The position numbers and the translations under genes were made by a program. 64,000 nt of DNA from Ginglymostoma cirratum (Eukaryota): assembly GCA_024137785.1 (NCBI GenBank), contig JAHRHZ010000267.1:13582711-13646710 (forward strand). The letters run 5' to 3'. The first letter of the stretch is position 1; each line of letters begins with the position of its first letter. The notes beneath the pieces are model-generated. The model had not been told where the DNA came from. It saw nothing but the letters and a program-made list of their open reading frames with translations, and made no database searches. This document shows, piece after piece, positions 24,245-36,780 of this stretch.

Positions 24245-25247
24245 TACAATACGTAAGGAAAGGGGTTAATCCTTGATATTGTGCTTCATCATGTACGCAA
24301 GCCAGCATTTTCATAGAATTTCTCACAAACCCATCCGATTATGTCAGCACAAGCATTTTCAAATGTCAACAGTGGCAGGTAGAAGCAAACACAGGCAGGG
24401 CACTGCAATACACATGGGAGACATGCGAGGAAATGTACCTGGAAAAGAGTGAAATAATATGGGCTGAACAAGTATTCACTAAATTCCCATCCCAAATTAG
24501 AAAGTGGGAAAACTATCCAGTGCCCGTTTCTTGATTCTTATCCTGAGAATTCTATTTGAAAGTCCATTATTAGTCATTAGGTGAGCCAGAAATTAGACTG
24601 GCTGTATCCATCCATTATTGAATATTCCATCTCTACTTACTGTCTGGATTCTCACTTGAAGCATAAATTCTTGCTGGATACACTAAGAACACATGCTGGG
24701 CCTAAATTCATGCCTTGAGGAAAGGAGGGGAGAAAGACAAGTAAAAGCATTAGAAAAAAAAATGCATTTGACTCTTGTCCATTCAATTTTTAAAAAAGTT
24801 GGTTAGTATCCAATTTATTTGGTACATAAAGTAATCGCAGAAATGGTCAGAAATGAGCCAATTAATTGGATCCTGGCTTGCTCAAGGCAGTTTCACAGCA
24901 GTCTGACAATTTTTAAGCTAAGTATACTTAGTAATGGAAATCACCAATTTAGATTTGCAAAATGAAAGGAGGAAGTATCAATTTTCAGACAACTCATTGT
25001 AGTCTTTGTGATATATCTTTAACTGTTCGGCCCACATTATTTCCTTCTTTTCAGGTACGTTTCCTTGCATGTCTCCCATGTGTATTGCAGTGCCCTGCCT
25101 GTGTTTGCTTCTACCTGCCACTGTTGACATTTGAAAATGCTTGTGCTGACATAATCGGATGGGTTTATGAGAAATTCTATGAAAATGCTGGCTTGCGTAC
25201 ATGAGGGAGCACAATATCAAGGATTAACCCATTTCCCATGTATTGTA
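24245..25247. repeat. Long inverted repeat: arms 24245-24470 and 25024-25247, ~550-bp spacer
   Basis: Arms are reverse complements; the central ~135 bp differ at one position. The ORF track shows the same peptide on opposite strands. Confidence 0.95.
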
Positions 25248-25964
25248 AAGCTCGTGCATCAGCATTGTTTTCCTGCCTGCAATGAAATGATTTCACAGTG
25301 GTTTACCTAGCCAGCATGGGGAATGTTGGATTCCACCAACATCAAGCAATTTCTTACATTTTGCTCCATTTATTTATTTGAGTACCGATGCAATAAATAT
25401 TTATGGTAGTGGAAGCTTCCTATGTTTCTGTTAAATCTTACCTCCATCTACTCAAATATTCTCATAGCAGAAATTTGTTATTCTGAGATTCAACTTCCGA
25501 ATAGCATCTGAAATACCGCACTTCATTTCAGCTAGTGAATGTGACCAGAACATGTACAAACCACTGAAGGAGTAGACTATTACCTATGCAACTAGCTAGA
25601 AACAATGGCAGACCATGCACGTCCCACTTGAATTACAATATTGGAGGTTGGCTCAAATTAAAACTAGAACTAAAAACTCAGAATCAATTATTTTGATTCA
25701 GTGCATAAAACTTATCACAGTTTTTGTTTGTAGTCAAACTGTGTGTACCGATGCATCTCTTTTATGCAAAGGATATTTAGAGATATGAATTTACATAACC
25801 AACATTCATCCCATCATTTATATTGCCGATGCTTCACGACTTGTAATTCTAAAGTGCTGTAACACTGTTTCAGAAATTCTCAAATTATTCGTCACCCGAT
25901 CAGGTGAATTTAATGGCCCTGACAGATGACACATCCAGCACCTGAAAGCTGGGTATAACTCCAC

Positions 25965-26128
25965 TTCAGGAAAGAGAGAAAGCAGAGTTCACGTTTTCCT
26001 GAAGAAGGGTCACTTGAAACGTTGACTTTGTTTCTCTTTCCACGCGTACCGCCAGACCTGCTGAGCTTCTCCAACAATTTCTATTGTTGTTTCAATTTTC
26101 CAGCATACACAGTTCTTTGTTTCGTTTC
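25965..26128 (+). mobile_element. Older PLE pLTR fragment with a short inverted arm
   Basis: CTGAAGAAGGGTCACTTGAAACGTTGAC...cagacctgctgagcttctcc...tccagcat. Same family as 2645-2755 and 50065-50150. Confidence 0.6.
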
Positions 26129-28544
26129 ACCACCTGTGAGTTAATTTAAAACTGGCAAAAATTTAAAGGGTAGGTGCCAAAGAGTAAGTCCATGGCATAA
26201 TTTGGACCTCCATTGCTTTCTAGATTAGTGCACCCGAGCACAACCCTTGTTCTTTTTTCAGAGATGGCGCGGGAGTAGAGCTAAAGAAGAGATTATTGAG
26301 GAAACAAAAAGACCTCGATCCAGAGGGATGATTCAAAAAAATGTATATGTTTCTCAACAACCTGCTGAGTCCTAAAAAAGAAGCCTGCATGTTAAATTTT
26401 CATCTCATTTTGTCTGATGCTGATGTTTTATCACATTACCCCTGATGTTTTCAATATATTTTGTAGAATTTGCCTTTGGCAACATTGCTTCCTGAAGCTA
26501 TTCACAGCACATTATTCCTCAAACAACCGCTATCATTTTAAATGAAAATTAGTCCCTATGATCCTGCAGATTACAGAGAAGTAAAAGAAGCAACTATGTA
26601 ACAGGTTGAGATTGTTATAAAGAGGGAGATATGGGACAACGGGCAGAGATGAAATGCAGAATTCGTGACTGAAGAAGAAAATAGTACACGATAGCAAGTT
26701 TCAACAGAATGAGAAGACATGAGGTGAGGGTCAAACAAAACGCAGGAAGAGAAGAGAAAGATAATGAGGCTAGTGAAAAGCGACAAGCTAAAGCAGTAAA
26801 TTGGTGCTGCAATACATTGTCACAGAATAGTCAGCTGGAGGTTCATACTCCCCGGCATATCCCATTTATTTCCACAAAAGGCTGCTGCACAGTTAAGTAG
26901 AAAATCAGCAGGTGAATTAGACTTGGCCACTCTAATCACTGCTAAGTGTGCAATTAGTACCATTAGCAAAGATCTGAGAAAGCGATTACTGCCCTTGGTT
27001 AGTGAATGGTGTATATTATGGAGAACTTAAATCCCGGTCAGAATAATATTGGTGAAAAGCTCTGAATATGTGTGTCCGGCAGTGGATTATGTGACAGAAA
27101 ATCTCACAGCAACTAGGTGAAGTGGAAGCAGGGGGGATTGTGCATGTGGAAGGTGCAATCATGAAAAGCTTCAGCCAGCCAAACAACAAGATTAGACAAC
27201 TAGATCGCTTCTGCCTAAAGGAAATTGCTGGTGAATCATAATTGTACTTAGGCTGGCATCATTTTGCTCAAAAGCAGCAATTTTAGTGGATAAGCCTCAC
27301 CAACAGTCACAGAACCAATGCTGGCAAATTAACTTCACATGCATTGTTAAATTTATCTTCATCCCCTGCAAGACTTTAGAATCATTTCTTTTTTCACCAA
27401 AGTTCATAATTCCACAATTGATTGATCAGATCAGGACAGCTTAATGCAGCTTCAAGGCCTTTTTATTATACAGCTGATGCAAACAGTACCGTAACTGCAT
27501 CAGGGCAGTTGCTGAGAATGTTGATTTGCATGCTGCGAAGCATCAGAGCTGCCCCTGGTCTCCATTCACAATGTGGTTGTTGCATGCCTTGTTGAAACTA
27601 CCTCATTATCGTAGTGAGGCAGCTAAATGAATTCTGAACCTAGCCATATATTGGATCAAGGAATATTTTAAATTGTTATGCCTGTTAACGATTAGTTACA
27701 CATTGCACTGATGTGATAGTCTCTCAAACAATGCCTGTGAGAAGGCCCTGGATGTTAAGCTTTACTGTGCTGAGATCTTACTACAGCATCATAGGTAATA
27801 TTATTGATATTCCTCAGCATTAAACCTTTCAGATCCAGATTCATATATCTTACACACACAAGCTTTGCTGCTCATTATTAATGTTATGTATTTGTATATG
27901 CGATTACATTTAACTTTACTCAATCTCACTCAAATTTATGAATTTGCAAAGGCAATCCAGAGTTTTCACTCTTCTCTGAGAATGTGTTCTCTTCAAACCT
28001 GATAAGACTGATAACTTGATGGATGAAAGTCTGTTACCTTTGATTCTCTTGACTGTATGAAGTCTGTAGCTACTTTCAAACTGAAAGACCTTTAATCACT
28101 TCACTATACTTCACGGAGGGTGTCTTCCCTGCTGAAAAATTGCAATATCCTGAATCTCCAAAACAGTCATTTCTTCCTTCAGTTTCTTAAATCATTGAAC
28201 ATTGGTTGATCCTTCTCAGTGGTGGATCCCGTTTACACACCACGTCTTCAATCTCTGTCAGCAGGTTTCTATTCTCAATCTGACTGTGGCTCTGTGCTGA
28301 ATTATATACAGTCTTCAACTTGTTGATTGATTTGGACATTTTTGAGGCCATCATTATTTTTATATTTGTTTTCTCATTTTTGGTTTTGAACTGCGAGTTG
28401 CAATTGAGAAGCATACTTTCAATTTTGAAATGCAGCTTGTTTTTTTTTTAAAGAAAGGAGAGAATAACAGACTGATGTTTCCTGTTGGGAGTTGGCCTGG
28501 AAACGTACTGCAGCTTTACTACTGCTATAAGGTAAAGAAAAAGC

Positions 28545-28760
28545 CACCATAGCCTTACCAGACCATAGATCTGTTCTCTTATTAGAGAGAGATAACTGGT
28601 GGTGGTTTAACCTGATGGTCACCATGTCTCAGGCAAGGGGAGAGGTTAAGAAGGAGAGTCCTTAATGGTAAGCTCGGCCAATGTGGGAATTAAACCCACG
28701 CTGTTGGCATAATTCCACATTGCAAAACTGCCATGCAATAGGTTAAGCTAACCCATTCCC
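28545..28760 (-). mobile_element. tRNA-derived SINE (4385 family)
   Basis: Reverse complement of 4385-4590 (ctggtggtggtttaacctgatggtcaccatg...gaaggagagtcctt). Confidence 0.65.
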
Positions 28761-29469
28761 ACTGCTATAAGAATGTGAGAGATAAGCTGGCACTCAGACA
28801 GTATTATGTTCAGGGGCTGGAAGCTGGTTGGATGTTGAGTTGGTCAATCAAGAGAGGAGCAGTGCTGGCCAGCCAACCACAGAGAAGGCTGAAAATAAAG
28901 GGAAAACCAAAGAGTGAGCTGTTTCTAGTTGACCAGGTATTTTTGGGCAGGAGGCAGTGTTGCTGTGGAAACTACAGGACTTAGATTTTGTGGTTTACCC
29001 TCTCCAGTTATGAACTTTTTGAAAGTCCTGAGGAAAGAACCCCAGTCTATAAGGAATCAACTCCAAATTTCAGCGGAAGTTGCTTGCATTGACTGGTGAC
29101 TTTGGAATTCAATTAAGATATGCTCCTACATGCCAGCCATACAAACCATCAGGTTTCCTGAAGGCTTGGTATTCATCATTGAAATTGTTATCTAACCAGC
29201 AAATTACATTTTTTTAAAAAGTTCCCTTAACTGTTGTTTGTCGTTTGTCGATGTGTGAGTGAGAGTTGGTGATCAAAGAATATTGGGCTTTGATCATAGA
29301 TATTAATTAGTTTGTCTTGTAATTCATCTCTGTTCTTCTATTATTACATTATTAATGATAAATTATTAATTGTGTTAAGTTATAAATTTGATGTCTAAGA
29401 TCAGTTATTTGTGACCTCTTGTTAGGACCAATTGAACAATTTTGAATTTCATCAAATATTTCAATTTCA

Positions 29470-30850
29470 CTACGTTAAAAATCTAATGTTAGTGTCAGTG
29501 AGTCTGAATTGGTCTGGTTTGTATTCCTGTGTCATAACCATATCCTCAGTCACCAACAGCCATTGCAATGATAGTAACGTGTTCATTTCTTTAGTGTTAC
29601 CATTATAAGATTGCTTCTTGCTTGGTATGATCTTTGTTAATGTTACTAAGCATTCTTTCTGGAAATTTAATAAATTCAAATATTTAGTTTGAACTTGTCT
29701 CTTCCAAGTCAACTTATCATCTTACATCAGGATTGAATTTGCCATGACTACTTGTTCACCAAATCAGATAGTACACAAATTTACATTGATTTTACATTCA
29801 TCAGTTTGTTCAAATGGTTAGTACTGATCATTGACTATCTCTTTGCTTGCCTTTCCATGGAAACCTTGCTTATTCTCGTGGTCTGGATTCTCTTCAATGT
29901 GAATAGCAGTGAAAAAACTTCTACCAAGTCAATATAGACACGTGCTTCAAAATTGGATCTGAGATCCGAGGCTACTGCCTCGGTGCCAAGTTTTAGCTCT
30001 GCACTTGATGATCCCTGAATACTTTTGGTGCAGCTTTCACAAGAAATCGTCCCAAAGTAAAGCTGGAATGACCAGTCCATCATTCCTAAGTCATCCATGA
30101 TTGTATAATGCTGTCGGAGCTAAAAAAGCTTTTCTCATGGCTGACCCACTGGCTCTTTGTTCCAGCCAACTTTGACGCAATACACAATGATGGTGAGATA
30201 TTTTGGGTCCCTTAACTGCTCCTGACAGATCTGATTAAGATACTTGTGGCTTACTAGCTACTGTCTGTGCCTGAGACTTCTCTTCTCTGCACCATTGACA
30301 AGAGCGTTTAGTGTTTGCTGCCTGTTCCACCTGTTCTGCTGGTATCTCATGTATATTATCTGTGGTTTTATACCTTAGGAATTGAATGGATTCTGCTGAA
30401 CACCTTGGCCAGAATTGATTTTCTCCTCTTAGGATTGTTTTATATTCTTCTGGACTTCTGCTTCACTTGATATCTGACATTCTTTCTCCAGAGTAAGGTC
30501 TTCTTTAGACTGTAATAAATCTAGCAAAGATTCATCATCATATCCAACAATCATTCTGGGTCTTATGAATTCTGACTTTGAATCATTCATTAGATCATTT
30601 ATGGAGTCCCATGGGGACTAATTCAAAATTTTCAAGATTCGTTTTGAGTTTAAATTAATTGTCAAAATCTTTCAGTACCTCCTCAAAAATATTTCTTGTA
30701 TCTATTACACTATGTCAAGTGATACCACCATCAGCTATATTTCCAACTGTACATAAAAGTCGATGAACTTGTTTTGCGTCTGTATCTTAAAGAATTGTTT
30801 TCCTCAAGATGTCTAATTTTCTGTTCTATTTATACCATACACAAAATTAA
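29470..30850 (-). mobile_element. Decayed Ty3/Gypsy LTR retrotransposon internal region (gag, with pol fragments)
   Basis: KQVHRLLCTVGNIAD and KSEFIRPRMIVGYDDESLLDLLQSKEDLTLEKECQISSEAE match Gypsy gag QVNTLLY..G and ELIRDRIVVG..DE.LS..LQ...DLTLEKA. Weaker protease and integrase-like pieces lie downstream, possibly to ~27950. Confidence 0.7.
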
Positions 30851-31479
30851 ATCTTTCTGCCAGGTTTATTTTTGTTGCCATATCTTCCCTGTATGGTTAT
30901 TTGTTTTCCTTGCTTAAAAGACATTTGATTTTGCAGCATTTGTAATGCTGCTGCTCTGCCCTGCTTTATTAGAGGTATTTCACATTTCTTGTTGCCAAAA
31001 CAGAAGATTCCTATCTTCTGTTGGCTAAAATTGAGGGTTTCTACCTTTCCTGGAAAATTGCATGATTCCCACTTTTTCTGTGGCTTCACTTGACAAATCC
31101 TACTGTTTGTGACCTTAATAAATCATTCCTGTTTGACTGAATAAATTCCACTGACGTTGGTTTTAATAAACAATGTTGCTTTAATCACTGTTTTACAAAG
31201 TGATTTCCACTATTCTTAGCTTTAAGAGATATAGCCCGAATCTTTAATGTTTGTTTTCTTTCTATGATTTCTCTTAGGATGATTTATAGGATGATTTCTA
31301 TTGTCTGTGCTTCTAGTAATAATCCTGCTTCTTTCAGGGATTTCTTCTGGATAACTCCCACTCAAAGAGGTTAGCCTGTTAGGCGAGATGGGCATAAATG
31401 TGTTTCAAAATGATACTAACAGTGCAGGTTCAATTCCTATTTTGGCTGTGAAGAAAGGTTGTTGTTATCGTAGTGTTAG

Positions 31480-32298
31480 TAAGACCATAAGACCATAAGA
31501 CCATAAGACATAGGAGTGGAAGTAAGGCCATTTGGCCCATCGAGTCCACTCCGCCATTTAATCATGGCTGATGGGCATTTCAACTCCACTTACCCACACT
31601 CTCCCCGTAGCCCTTGATTCCTTGTGAGATCAAGAATTTATCAATCTCTGCCTTGAAGACATTTAATGTCCCGGCCTCCACTGCACTCTGTGGCAATGAA
31701 TTCCACAGGCCCACCAAACTCTGGCTGAAGAAACGCCTCCTCATTTCCGTTCTAAATTGACCTCCTCTAATTCTAAGGCTGTGCCCACGGGTCCTAGTCT
31801 CCCAACCTAACAGAAACAACTTCCCAGCGTCCACCCTTTCTAAGCCAAGCATTATCTTGTAAGTTTCTATTAGATCTCCCCTCAACCTTCTAAACTCTAA
31901 TGAATACAATCCCAGGATCCTCAGCCGTTCATCGTATGTTAGGCCTACCATTCCAGGGATCATCCGTGTGAATCTCCACTGGACACGCTCCAGTGCCAGT
32001 ATGTCCTTCCTGAGGTGTGGGGCCCAAAATTGGACACAGTATTCTAAATGGGGCCTAACTAGAGCTTTATAAAGTCTCAGAAGCACATCGCTGCTTTTAT
32101 ATTCCAACCCTCTTGAGATAAATGACAACATTCCATTCGCTTTCTTAATCACGGACTCAACCTGCAAGTTAACCTTTAGAGAATCCTGGACTAGCACTCC
32201 CAGATCCCTTTGTACTTCGGCTTTATGAATTTTCTCACCGTTCAGAAAATAGTCCATGCCTGTATTCTTTTTTCCAAAGTTCAAGACCTCACATTTTA
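31480..32298 (-). mobile_element. 5'-truncated young CR1 LINE with open RT C-terminal frame (31580-32284)
   Basis: QRDLGVLV, LYKALVRPHLEYCVQFWAP, LERVQWRFTRMIPG, RRLRGDLIETYKI. CR1 3' UTR and tail (GACCATAA)3 on + at 31483-31506. Confidence 0.95.
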
Positions 32299-32329
32299 AT
32301 GGGAGTTATGTGTCAAGACCATGTGAATA

Positions 32330-33050
32330 TTTTTGAGGAACTGGGAACTGCTATGAAGATGAGGGCACTGAGGAGGAGGAACATCATCTTCAATGTGATA
32401 GAGCAGTGCAGCGTCAGGCATAATAAGTGAGTCAGGACTGAACCGACAACCACATCTAATACATGAGAGCTGGATGCAGTGATCACTCATCAGGTGTAAG
32501 TTTCTTCCTGCTGGAAAGTTTATGTTTGATCCCAAAAGAAAATATATCTTGCATTTGTTTGTTTTTTACCTTGGCTTTGACGATCACTGAATAAAGGTGA
32601 ACATTTGAAGGCTTTCCAGTATGTCATGGTCCCACATCGATCAATGAGAAGATGTTCGGCCACGTTAGGCATAGGAGAAAAGGTAACATATCCAGAGGCA
32701 GCGTACTGAAATGGGATGATGCTAACTTGCCTACCACGGTTCTTAAATAGCAATGGATTTATTAATGTGTTCTTCTATTCACAGTGAAGTGTCAGTTGTA
32801 CAACTACATGCCCTGAGAACGGGTTTCTTTTTGGTTTCCACCTCACTGTGTCCATGGTGAATGATAACTCCTGGCTGGCAACGCTTGACAAATGGGCTTT
32901 AAAAACGTTGCTGGCACTGGAAATCCCAGGTAGTCCCGGAAGTGGTAACTAATTCTTCCTCTGGCAAAAGAAGATAAAATGAGAAAGGCACCTAAGAGGC
33001 ACAGTGCATAGGAAATGAGGTCGCTTTCAGAGATTAGCATGAGAGCTCAC
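32330..33050 (-). pseudogene. Highly decayed Harbinger transposase
   Basis: LSSFARGRISYHFRDYLGF (LRFFATGSF...GD..GI), VLRACSCT (VLGAIDCT), LFKNRGRQVSI (F.NRKG.HSI), LIMPDAALLYHI, in the expected order. Confidence 0.5.
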
Positions 33051-33569
33051 AAAGAGTATTCTTGCCAGAAATGGCACAACCAACTCCTGGTAAATTCAGA
33101 CGTGGGTTTCCGATCCAGATGGGAAGATCTGGGCCATTGTGTTCCACCTTCCAGAATAGATGTACCAAGGTGGTCTAAGAGTTGTAACTGGAAATGATTC
33201 ATCTATAAGTCACTGTGAATTTATGGAATAGTGACAACAGCATAGAGTTTTAGTCAAATCTGAATTTTCCACCTGATTTTCCTCTGCCTTGCACTTATTT
33301 TCTGTGAAGACAAAAGAGAAAATTAATTATAAACATAAAAATGACAAATAATAAATATTATACTAATTGGTACAGATTCAAGTGAAGAAAGGAGACAAAC
33401 TCCAAAACTTACATTCTCTGTATTGTTCCTGTACATCGATATGAGTAAAATATAACGCTTAATAGAAAAGTTTTAAGTTTGTTTCTAAATACTTGAAACA
33501 TTATGAACAGAAGTAGGCCATGCAGCTCCCCAAGTCTGCTGTGAGATCAAAATGGAACTACATCTCAAA

Positions 33570-34520
33570 TGAACTTATCTACATCCATCCAATGTGATCG
33601 TGACAAAGACAAACTTTCCCTCCTGCTACATTTCGATGTGTCACTAATCTTTGAAACACTTGAGCACACCATCCATGACCGATGCCTCTCCGCAGTCATT
33701 CAGCCATGTAGGACTGTCATCTCACCACCTTCTCCAAGACTATTAGGGATGGGCAATAAATGCTGGTACAGCCAGCACTGCCCATATCCTGTGAATGGAT
33801 TACTTGCAATAGCTTCTCTTTTAGTCCTTTCCCGGTTACCCCAGGATCGATCCTTGGCCCCTTCCTATTTCTTATCCATGTTTCTTCTCAGTGAGATTAT
33901 CTGAAGGCACATGGTTTGGTTCTCACTTGTACGATGTTGGTGCCCTGCTATACGTTTTCACCACATTTCTTAACTCCTCCACTGTCACTAAGTTATTAGT
34001 CTTCATATTTGACATCAAGTACTGGATGACCAGAAACTTCTTCCAATTAAATACTAGAAAGGCTGAAGCCATTGTTTCAGTTCCTGCTCCAAAAAAACCC
34101 AATTCACTACTTATTCCATTCTTATCCCTGCTGACTGAGAGAGATTAAATCAGTGAGTTCACGAGCTTGTTGTCAAATTTTATCCTTAGATGAGCTTCCA
34201 AACACAACTTTGTACCATCTCTAACACCATCTGTTTTCACCTCGGTAACATTACCTGACCTTCTCCCTGTTTCAGATCACCTAATGCTGGTTATCCTTAT
34301 TTGTACATTTGTTCTATCTGAGCTAATTCAATGCCCTCATGGTGAGTCTTCAACATTCTATCCTCCATAAACTTGAGAACATCCAAAATGCGGTTGCTTG
34401 TCTTAACTTGTAGCAAATGCATTTCCCTAACACCACCAATCTCATTGACATTCATTGGCTCTCCCAAACAATGACTTGCCTTTAAAATTCTTACCGTTGT
34501 TCACAATCCCTTATGACTTT
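33570..34520 (+). mobile_element. Decayed L2-clade LINE RT fragment
   Basis: SLLLHFDVSLIFETLEHTI (LLDLSAAFDTVDH.I), HLYDVGALLY (YADDTQLY), DIKYWMTRNFFQLNTRKAEAIV. Confidence 0.8.
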
Positions 34521-34839
34521 ACCTTATGTGGGGTAAATATTACTTTTTTTGCCCCTTCCCATTTCGTCAAGTTTCGTGGAGGGTTTCACGCTGTGAGACC
34601 TAGCGGGACTGCTCACTGTACTTTGCCAAACTTGCATCCCAAACTACCTAAACTTCCCATACAGTCCTTGCTTGATTCTAGCCCCTTTCAAACACTGTCT
34701 GTACCCAGAACAATTTGCCACTGCCAGGATATCCTGGAATGGACTGTCATCTTTGGAGCCGGCATCTTCTTTAAAAGGCTGTTGCGTACTTGGACAAGCA
34801 TAGTTTCTGCACTGGATATGGCAAACAAAGGAAAGTTTC

Positions 34840-35060
34840 CATCCTTCTTTCTGGGCAGTGAGCTGGAGGCCCCAGTGAATGCAACGGTGCAGAGGTGGGA
34901 AGGCCACTCTCTGGTGAACTGACAGTGCAGGCCACAACACCGTACCATGCCAGCCATCCTGTAGTTGCTACCCAGGTCCATGCAGTCTCAACTGTCTGAA
35001 GGAATGCTCAGCACTGAAGGAGGAAGATCACTAACATTTTCCACTCCACCAGGGTAAGTT
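34840..35060 (+). pseudogene. Myb/SANT-like domain remnant (Harbinger ORF) ending at a GTAAG donor
   Basis: PSFFLGSELEAPVNATVQRW...VATQVHAVSTV*RNAQH*RRKITNIFHSTR followed by gtaag. Confidence 0.6.
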
Positions 35061-35379
35061 TCCAACTTCTCTCCAGTGCTTCACTCTCATTCTAACTCTT
35101 ATACGGCACCCACTTCCCACCAAGGCTCATGCTCTACAACTCTCACTCTCACTTGCTGTCATTCTCACCCACCCCAACCCTGAAACCATTAACCCTACAT
35201 GCCCTCTGTGCTACCTAATCACCCACTCAGGACACCATTCTATCTATAGCAAAAGTAATAGTAACGTCACTCACTTAACTTTTATACAGAGGGACAGCAC
35301 TCCAGTATGCACCTATCCACTCCAAATTTTCTTCAAAAGGCATTTGCTCATTTCAGGCCTATTATTTCTCCTATGAACT

Positions 35380-36780
35380 GCCATCAACACATTTTCATTC
35401 TTCTTTAAATAAAATATCTGATACACAACACTCCAGATGTGGTTTCACCAGTGCCCTGTATAAGCATATTTTCCTATTTTTATATTTAATTCCCCTCACA
35501 ATAAATAGTAGTATTCTATAAGACTTCCCAATTGCTTGCTGTAACCGCATAATGACCTTTCATGATTTGTACATGAGGACACCCCGATCTCACTGCATCT
35601 CAGAACTCTACAGTCTCTTACTGTTCAGATAATATGTATCATTTTATTCTTACCGTCAAAATGGACAATTTCATACTTCCCTCATTATAAAATTCAGCAC
35701 ATATTTCCCACTAACTTAGTCTATCAATTATTTTTTTCTGACCTCCTCTTCACAACTTACTTTCTTACCTATCTTTGTTTCATCAGAAAAATTGACAACC
35801 TTTGCTTCCATCCCTTCATATATGCCCTTCAAGTAAGTTTTAAGTAGCTGGAGTTGTAGAACACCACCTTTACATCATCCAACCTGGAAAAACTCATTTA
35901 TACTGACTTACACTTGTTAGCCAGCCAATCTTCTATTGATGAAAATGCACCGCCCCTACATCAAGAGCTTTCAACTTCTTTGATAACCTTTGATGTAATA
36001 CCATATCAGATGCTGTCTGGAAATCAAAGTGTATTACATTCATTGCAAGCTATCTGCTCAAAGAACTCTGAAAGATTAGTCAAACAAGACTTCACTTCTA
36101 CAAAACCATGACCCTGCCTGATTACCTTGAACTTAACCAAGTGCTCTTCTCTTGTTTCTTTCATAATAACTTCTAATATTTTCCAAATGACATATGTTGA
36201 GCCAACCATCCAATAGTTTCCTGTTTCCCTCCTTTTTTTTGTACAAAGAAGTTAGTTACTTTCTCTATTTTCAAATTGAATGGGACAATCCCTGAATCAA
36301 GGGAATTTTGCCCAATTAAAATGAATGCAGCAACTGTCTCGTGAGCCATTTCTTTTGAGACCCCAGGATCAAGTCCATTAGGAACTGGTTACTTGTCAGC
36401 CTGTGGCTCCATAGATTCACACAGTATCACTTCTTTGGTGATGGTGATTTTCCTGAATTTCACATCTCTCTTCCATTTCCCAATATATATCTGTATCTGG
36501 GCTGTTACTTGTACCCTGTATATTGAAGACTGATGCAAAATACCTGTTCAATTCATCTGCATTTGCCTTGTTTTTGATTATTAATTCCTCAGCTTGAATT
36601 CCAAATGACCAATGCTTTCTTTATTAACTTACCCATTCTTTAAATATTTATAGAAACTCTGACTATCTGTTTTTTAGAGTTCTACCCAGAATTCTGTTGT
36701 TCTTCAATTCTTCTCTCTTTTCTCTGGTAATTCTTTGCTGTTTTTATGCAAGGCTAATTTATTCTTTGTGTTATATAAGC
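35380..36780 (-). mobile_element. Decayed CR1 LINE ORF2 fragment
   Basis: KILEVIMKETREEHLVKFKVIRQGHGFVEVKSCLTNLSEFFE (QHGF..GKSCLTNLLEFFE), plus other CR1 segments. Confidence 0.8.

Noticed and set aside
24289-25220. Duplicated small Cys-rich ORF (FLACLPCVLQCPACVCF...) on both strands
   Set aside because: The duplication simply reflects the inverted repeat. The N-termini differ and I recognise no domain.
26250-26345. Acceptor-like ttcttttttcag followed by an open stretch (RWRGSRAKEEIIEETKRPRSRG)
   Set aside because: No convincing donor and no recognisable protein similarity.
31580-32284. 234-aa ORF as a host gene
   Set aside because: It is the C-terminal part of CR1 ORF2, 5'-truncated and starting at a TTG codon.
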